This document shows positions 1 through 4,152 of a DNA stretch of 4,152 bases, piece by piece. The translations under genes and the position numbers were made by a program. The DNA is from Naegleria gruberi. Taxonomy: Eukaryota. Every line of letters begins with the position of its first letter. The stretch's first letter is position 1. The stretch lies in NCBI GenBank assembly GCA_000004985.1, contig GG739195.1. One strand, 5' to 3'. The notes under the pieces are model-generated. The model ran no database searches. It saw only the letters and a list, made by a program, of their open reading frames with translations, and had not been told where the DNA came from.

Positions 1-1162
1 GCATTCCATAATTACTCACAGCAGCTAACAATACATCTCTATCATTCCTTATTTCCCTATGAGTGTAGCAAATAATCTCTCCATTCTCTTTAGCCAAATT
101 CAATATGAAACTCTTAAAATCGGTTTTATCTGAGTGCACAAAGGCATACTGAATAGCTTCTGGGTTATTTCTAATTGCCTCTGCTATTATCTCATCATCA
201 ACAAGATCAATATTAGCATACTCCAAAGATTCTCCATTATTTTGAACAGCTTGGAGTATCATTTCTCTTGTTTGATTTTCATCATTAATTAAACACAGCG
301 CATTTCCATCATATTCTATTAATTTTTCACACTCTTCAACAGGAAATCCTTCAACATTAATACTATCAACTATTTCTCCAGAGTATTTCACAGACAACTT
401 GGTTAATTCGATAATTTCAGAAAGAGACAAATCGTTAACATGTTGCAAATAGTATTGAGAATATGGATGAACTTTCATGACTTCAACAAGAATTTCCTTT
501 CCAATACAATTGCCCATAGTATCGTGACATAATCCAAGGTACAGAGCTACCTTATTACCCACTTGTCTATCTGTCACTGCTGTTGTAGTCTTAACGAATG
601 GATTGTCATTAGCTCCCAGGTTTACAATTGCATCACTTGTAACTTCTGAACCAAGATATTCCAAAGCCATGCCATTACTTTTAACTGCTTCTGTTGTAAT
701 TACCGTGTCCCAACATCCATTATTTTCAAAGACCGTAATGGCCATTCCATCCTCTTTAACAGCTTCCAATATTAAATCTTTTGTAATATATCTCCAATCC
801 ATATCCAAAATTAACATTCCATTCTGCTGAACTGCTCTTTTCCTCACTTTATGATGATTCTGTAATCGTTGACTTGCTTTTAAATAAAAATCTCCGTGAA
901 AATCAATATATTTTAACATGACTTCCATATCATCACACAGTTTTTCTTCCATTTCCTCATCATTACACTGTTTAATCAGCAATTCCAAAGTAGAAGCATT
1001 CAACCCAGCCAAAGACAATGCATCGATCCGAACCTTTTGATATTTTACTTGTCGTTCGCGAGAATTTTTCATAAATTTTCGGAGGAAATTGTAGGCTTGG
1101 CTAATGTGTTGATTCCCAGCATCAAAATCGATGAGATGAATGGAACAAGAAATTTCAGACAT
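1..1162 (-). CDS. DUF4116-repeat protein (PF13475-like tandem ~23-aa repeats), 3'-partial (C-terminus beyond window start)
   Basis: The minus strand has ATG at 1162..1160 with an in-frame TAA two codons upstream (1169..1171 on the plus strand, read in reverse complement). The reading frame is open for 387 codons to the window edge. The translation begins MSEISCSIHLIDFDAGNQ... and contains at least eight degenerate repeats of the DUF4116 consensus (..evvLeAVkqNGxALeYAs..). Examples: RAVQQNGMLILDMD; LILEAVKEDGMAI; VITTEAVKSNGMALEYLGSEV; MILQAVQNNGESLEYANIDLVDDE; IIAEAIRNNPEAIQYAFVHSDKTD; FILNLAKENGEIICYTHREIRNDRD; VLLAAVSNYGM. The ORF track omits it, presumably because it has no stop in the window. 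Identifying the family as DUF4116 comes from my memory of the Pfam repeat consensus. Confidence 0.78.
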   Translation of the reverse strand, partial: MSEISCSIHLIDFDAGNQHISQAYNFLRKFMKNSRERQVKYQKVRIDALSLAGLNASTLELLIKQCNDEEMEEKLCDDMEVMLKYIDFHGDFYLKASQRLQNHHKVRKRAVQQNGMLILDMDWRYITKDLILEAVKEDGMAITVFENNGCWDTVITTEAVKSNGMALEYLGSEVTSDAIVNLGANDNPFVKTTTAVTDRQVGNKVALYLGLCHDTMGNCIGKEILVEVMKVHPYSQYYLQHVNDLSLSEIIELTKLSVKYSGEIVDSINVEGFPVEECEKLIEYDGNALCLINDENQTREMILQAVQNNGESLEYANIDLVDDEIIAEAIRNNPEAIQYAFVHSDKTDFKSFILNLAKENGEIICYTHREIRNDRDVLLAAVSNYGM

Positions 1163-1301
1163 TTTTTTTTAAAAAATTAAAAATTTACAAATACATGCAA
1201 TTTAATTTAATATTTTGATCATTTTAGGACTATTTAATAATGTGAACGAAAGGTTTACAATATTGAAAATTTGAAAGAGATGGAATTCTTAAAGGGGAAG
1301 A
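1163..1301 (-). promoter_or_regulatory. 5' flank/promoter region of the DUF4116 gene (very AT-rich; T10A6 homopolymer abutting the ATG; TATA-like GTATTTGTAAA on the minus strand at 1183..1193)
   Basis: About 80% AT. Read on the minus strand, the sequence is ...tgcatGTATTTGTAAAtttttaattttttaaaaaaaaaATG. GTATTTGTAAA resembles the amoebozoan TATA-type core element GTATTTAAA, but it sits only about 21-31 nt from the ATG. Known in extent only as far as the gap at 1302. Confidence 0.25.
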
Positions 1302-2303
1302 NNNNNNNNNNNNNNNNNNNNNNNNNNNNNNNNNNNNNNNNNNNNNNNNNNNNNNNNNNNNNNNNNNNNNNNNNNNNNNNNNNNNNNNNNNNNNNNNNNN
1401 NNNNNNNNNNNNNNNNNNNNNNNNNNNNNNNNNNNNNNNNNNNNNNNNNNNNNNNNNNNNNNNNNNNNNNNNNNNNNNNNNNNNNNNNNNNNNNNNNNNN
1501 NNNNNNNNNNNNNNNNNNNNNNNNNNNNNNNNNNNNNNNNNNNNNNNNNNNNNNNNNNNNNNNNNNNNNNNNNNNNNNNNNNNNNNNNNNNNNNNNNNNN
1601 NNNNNNNNNNNNNNNNNNNNNNNNNNNNNNNNNNNNNNNNNNNNNNNNNNNNNNNNNNNNNNNNNNNNNNNNNNNNNNNNNNNNNNNNNNNNNNNNNNNN
1701 NNNNNNNNNNNNNNNNNNNNNNNNNNNNNNNNNNNNNNNNNNNNNNNNNNNNNNNNNNNNNNNNNNNNNNNNNNNNNNNNNNNNNNNNNNNNNNNNNNNN
1801 NNNNNNNNNNNNNNNNNNNNNNNNNNNNNNNNNNNNNNNNNNNNNNNNNNNNNNNNNNNNNNNNNNNNNNNNNNNNNNNNNNNNNNNNNNNNNNNNNNNN
1901 NNNNNNNNNNNNNNNNNNNNNNNNNNNNNNNNNNNNNNNNNNNNNNNNNNNNNNNNNNNNNNNNNNNNNNNNNNNNNNNNNNNNNNNNNNNNNNNNNNNN
2001 NNNNNNNNNNNNNNNNNNNNNNNNNNNNNNNNNNNNNNNNNNNNNNNNNNNNNNNNNNNNNNNNNNNNNNNNNNNNNNNNNNNNNNNNNNNNNNNNNNNN
2101 NNNNNNNNNNNNNNNNNNNNNNNNNNNNNNNNNNNNNNNNNNNNNNNNNNNNNNNNNNNNNNNNNNNNNNNNNNNNNNNNNNNNNNNNNNNNNNNNNNNN
2201 NNNNNNNNNNNNNNNNNNNNNNNNNNNNNNNNNNNNNNNNNNNNNNNNNNNNNNNNNNNNNNNNNNNNNNNNNNNNNNNNNNNNNNNNNNNNNNNNNNNN
2301 NNN
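1302..2303. other. Assembly gap (1002 N)
   Basis: Uninterrupted run of n from 1302 to 2303. It truncates the 3' end of the minus-strand gene that ends at 2304 and hides whatever lies between that gene and the DUF4116 gene promoter. Confidence 0.99.
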
Positions 2304-3149
2304 TTTGAATTTATATCCAGCTTCCTCAGTATGATAAATAGTGTACTTTCCAAAAATATCATAATCAAAAATGGNTGTTACTTTGAGTTTCGAATAGATT
2401 GCTTCTGGGAGGAAATTAGTTTTCATACCAATTCCACATAGTTCACACTGGAAGAGATATTTGAATTTCTCATCTCCTTTGATACTGCTTCTTGAGATAC
2501 GAAAGTGCGAACATTCAGTTTGTTTCTTCTGGATTAGTACTTTGTTTTTAATCTTTGAAAGTTCACGTTCGAGGAAGAATCTTGCATGGTGCATTCGATT
2601 TTCTTCTTGAACTTCGTTTTCCTTCTGCAAACATGCTAATTGATTGTGAATATTCTTGAAAATTACTTTACAATTATTGTAATCTTTCAAAGTTCTTTCC
2701 TTTTCTTGAAGAGCTTTCTTCTTAGCCATATGAGGTGACATCAGAGTATCAGAAACACTCTTGAAAAAAATCTCCTTATCAATTCCAGAAATAATCTTGA
2801 ATTTCATCTCTCGGTCAACCAGATTAAAAAATCCATTACAATCTCTTTTCAATAATTTTACAAAAAATTCATTCTTGTGAATTCGTACTGATTCCACCGA
2901 GTTTAGTAAATTAATTCGTTGATAGATATCTCGGACAGGTAAATATTCCAAAACGATTAGCCATAATTCTTCCAATTCATAAACAAGTTTAAACGGAGAT
3001 TCGTCCAAAGTTTCAAATTTTTGTTGTACTTGGACAGATTGTGTTGATTTTAGAGCTTTCTTTTGAGCTCTTTTAGATAATTTCTTTGGTATTTGCTGTT
3101 CTTGCTGATCATTTTCCTCTTCATCAAGCAAATCAAACAAGTTTGGCAT
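2304..3149 (-). CDS. F-box-like / coiled-coil protein with C-terminal Cys-His cluster, 3'-partial (runs into assembly gap)
   Basis: The first ATG in this frame is on the minus strand at 3149..3147 (MPNLFDLLDEEENDQQEQQ...). The 'M' the ORF track places at 3239 is a TTG, and there is no ATG between the upstream in-frame stop (3324..3326) and 3149. The frame is open for 282 codons to the gap edge. Residues ~55-90, FKLVYELEELWLIVLEYLPVRDIYQRINLLNSVESVRI, fit the F-box pattern (LPdEllleIlsyLdpkdLlrlrlVsKrW). Residues ~150-215 are a K/E-rich probable coiled coil (KKKALQEKERTLKDY...LQKENEVQEENRMHHARFFLERELSKIKNK). This is followed by ECSHFRISRSSIKGDEKFKYLFQCELCGIG (C-x-H ... C-x2-C). There is one ambiguous codon, from the n at 2375. 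Confidence 0.6.
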
Positions 3150-3231
3150 TTTTTTTACTGTTTTGATTTCGAATAAAAAGTTCTCACCCAACTCACAATA
3201 AAAATATCTTTGGTACAACTTTGAAATTGAT
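3150..3231 (-). promoter_or_regulatory. 82-bp intergenic spacer: 3' UTR/poly(A) region of RasGEF gene plus core promoter of downstream F-box-like gene
   Basis: Minus-strand reading: TAA atcaatttcaaagttgtaccaaagatatttttattgtgagttgggtGAGAACTttttattcgaaatcaaaacagtaaaaaaa ATG. It carries a GAACT motif about 30 nt upstream of the ATG (plus 3179..3183), reminiscent of the Entamoeba GAAC core element, and an A-rich leader. The spacer must hold both transcript-end and transcript-start signals. Confidence 0.3.
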
Positions 3232-4152
3232 TTATTCAATTTGAATATTTCTAAGTAATTCTTGAATTTGATAAACTTTTGTAAATTGATAACAAGGCAA
3301 CGATTGGAAATATTTAATTTCCTTTACAATATCATACATTGATTCTCTCTTCATCCAATTAATAAATTCAATTGAATTTGGTCCAATTACAAAATCATTT
3401 TGATTTTCTTCCACTAGAAATAAATCTCTTAAATGAAGTCTGACGTATGGAATGATTGATGTGTTTTCCTCAGATGATTCTTTGAGTGTTTGTCTGTATT
3501 CTTGGTAATTTGATTCTTCAGACATGAGTTGTTGGAATTTCATCTTGTTTGCTTGTTCTGATTGATTAATTTTTAAGGTTTTGACCTCGCCATATTCGAA
3601 AGCATTTAGGATAGCTTTGAGTGTGTTGAAATTATTCAATTTTTTCAAATGTTCACAAATTGAAATGCATCTCTTGATTGGATTTTTAGATTTTGGTTTG
3701 CAAATTGAAAAACTAATCCATTTGGTGACATTTTCAAAATGAATTAACAATTTGTTGATATTTGGACATCTGTGTTTGAATTTCAAACGTTTCCATCCGA
3801 AACTCATTAATTCTTCCAATCCAATAGCGACAAACAAGTCATATTCATAAAGTGTTAATTGTCTTGCAATTTCCTCCTCATCTATATCATCCAATGAAAG
3901 AGTTTCACAGAAAATCTTTTGCATTGGCACTTTAGGTTCAATATAATTGACATTGACACTCGATGGATTTTTCTTTTCAGTGGATTGACCTTGTTCAATG
4001 TGTTGTAAAATATCCTTTCTCAATTTGATGAATTTAGGTGAGGAATTATTATGATTTTCATGGTTCAATAACTTTTGCACCTTGGCAATCATGTTATTGG
4101 TGAAATGTTGCGAATGTTGTTCCATCCAATAGTGCAAGAATTTGAGAATTCC
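3232..4152 (-). CDS. Ras guanine-nucleotide exchange factor (end of RasGEF_N/REM region + complete CDC25-homology RasGEF catalytic domain), 5'-partial
   Basis: The frame is open from the window edge (GILKFLHYWMEQHSQHF...) to TAA at 3234..3232. The 'M' the ORF track places at 4137 is a TTG, so the protein continues upstream beyond the window. ILKFLHYWMEQH matches the conserved end of the REM domain (..vlnvlrhWvenh..). The catalytic domain spans ~3250..3900 and carries the hallmark motifs: IARQLTLYEYDLFVAI (aeQLTlidfelF), NFNTLKAILNAFE (NfnslmAIisaL), and IIPYVRLHLRDLFLVEENQNDFV (iPflgvyLtDLtfidegnpd). Confidence 0.9.
   Translation of the reverse strand, partial: GILKFLHYWMEQHSQHFTNNMIAKVQKLLNHENHNNSSPKFIKLRKDILQHIEQGQSTEKKNPSSVNVNYIEPKVPMQKIFCETLSLDDIDEEEIARQLTLYEYDLFVAIGLEELMSFGWKRLKFKHRCPNINKLLIHFENVTKWISFSICKPKSKNPIKRCISICEHLKKLNNFNTLKAILNAFEYGEVKTLKINQSEQANKMKFQQLMSEESNYQEYRQTLKESSEENTSIIPYVRLHLRDLFLVEENQNDFVIGPNSIEFINWMKRESMYDIVKEIKYFQSLPCYQFTKVYQIQELLRNIQIE

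Noticed and set aside
603-830. Plus-strand 75-aa ORF (MSLAPRFTIASLVTSEPRYSKAMPLLL...)
   Set aside because: It lies entirely antisense within the well-supported DUF4116 repeat CDS. It has low complexity (Ser/Leu/Thr-rich, typical of antisense AT-rich coding), no recognisable motif and no plausible promoter. Spurious.
1-1162. DNA-level tandem repeat or satellite inside the DUF4116 gene
   Set aside because: The protein repeats are degenerate and of slightly varying length, and I could not see an exact nucleotide period by eye. This is an ancient protein-repeat array, not a recent DNA tandem duplication.
1271-2368. Plus-strand ORF 1271..2308 and minus-strand ORF 1289..2368, composed almost entirely of X
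   Set aside because: These are artefacts of the N-run. The few real flanking codons are a TTG start on the plus strand and an out-of-frame reading of the F-box-like gene on the minus strand.
1230-3239. 669-aa minus-strand ORF spanning the N gap
   Set aside because: Translating through 1002 N is meaningless. The portion 1230..1301 (SSPLRIPSLSNFQYCKPFVHIIK) lies in the AT-rich 5' flank of the DUF4116 gene, and its frame relative to 2304..3149 is arbitrary because gap length is an estimate. Only 2304..3149 is retained.
3150-3240. RasGEF and F-box-like ORFs as one gene joined by an intron or frameshift
   Set aside because: The RasGEF domain is complete and ends at a clean TAA. No GT...AG pair restores the frame across 3150..3234. 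The downstream ORF has its own ATG with an A-rich leader. Two separate, tightly packed genes is the simpler reading. RNA-seq could still overturn it.
1-4152. Prokaryotic defence or other novel multi-gene system, CRISPR array, integron or phage module
   Set aside because: There are no direct repeats with spacer architecture, no RBS-spaced gene chain, no recombinase or transposase, and no terminal inverted repeats. The identifiable genes (RasGEF/REM, F-box-like) are eukaryote-specific. The claim cannot be supported.

Overview
The window is from an AT-rich eukaryote with a compact genome, not a prokaryotic locus. The gene content and spacing suggest a protist (Entamoeba-like Amoebozoa, Naegleria or a parabasalid), but the organism cannot be assigned from sequence alone. 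Three genes are readable, all on the minus strand. (1) 3232..4152 is a partial RasGEF, a Ras guanine-nucleotide exchange factor: the C-terminal end of a REM/RasGEF_N region followed by a complete CDC25-homology catalytic domain, with the 5' end beyond the window. (2) 2304..3149 is the N-terminal 282 aa of a protein with an F-box-like motif, a Lys/Glu-rich coiled-coil segment and a Cys/His cluster; its 3' end is lost in an assembly gap. (3) 1..1162 is a DUF4116 (PF13475-like) repeat protein carrying at least eight degenerate ~23-aa repeats of the form h-h-x-A-V-x-x-N-G-x-x-L-x-Y-A, with the 3' end beyond the window start. About a quarter of the window (1302..2303) is a run of 1002 N, and there is one more N at 2375. 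The ORF track was built allowing TTG starts; the 'M' at 3239 and the 'M' at 4137 are both TTG codons, so the apparent 301-aa RasGEF and the 669-aa gap-spanning ORF are artefacts. Gene boundaries were re-derived by hand. I see no CRISPR array, no Shine-Dalgarno-driven operon, no mobile element, and no sign of a prokaryotic defence or other accessory system. The points of interest are eukaryotic: the DUF4116 repeat array, the truncated F-box-like gene, the 82-bp dual-function intergenic spacer, and the gap.
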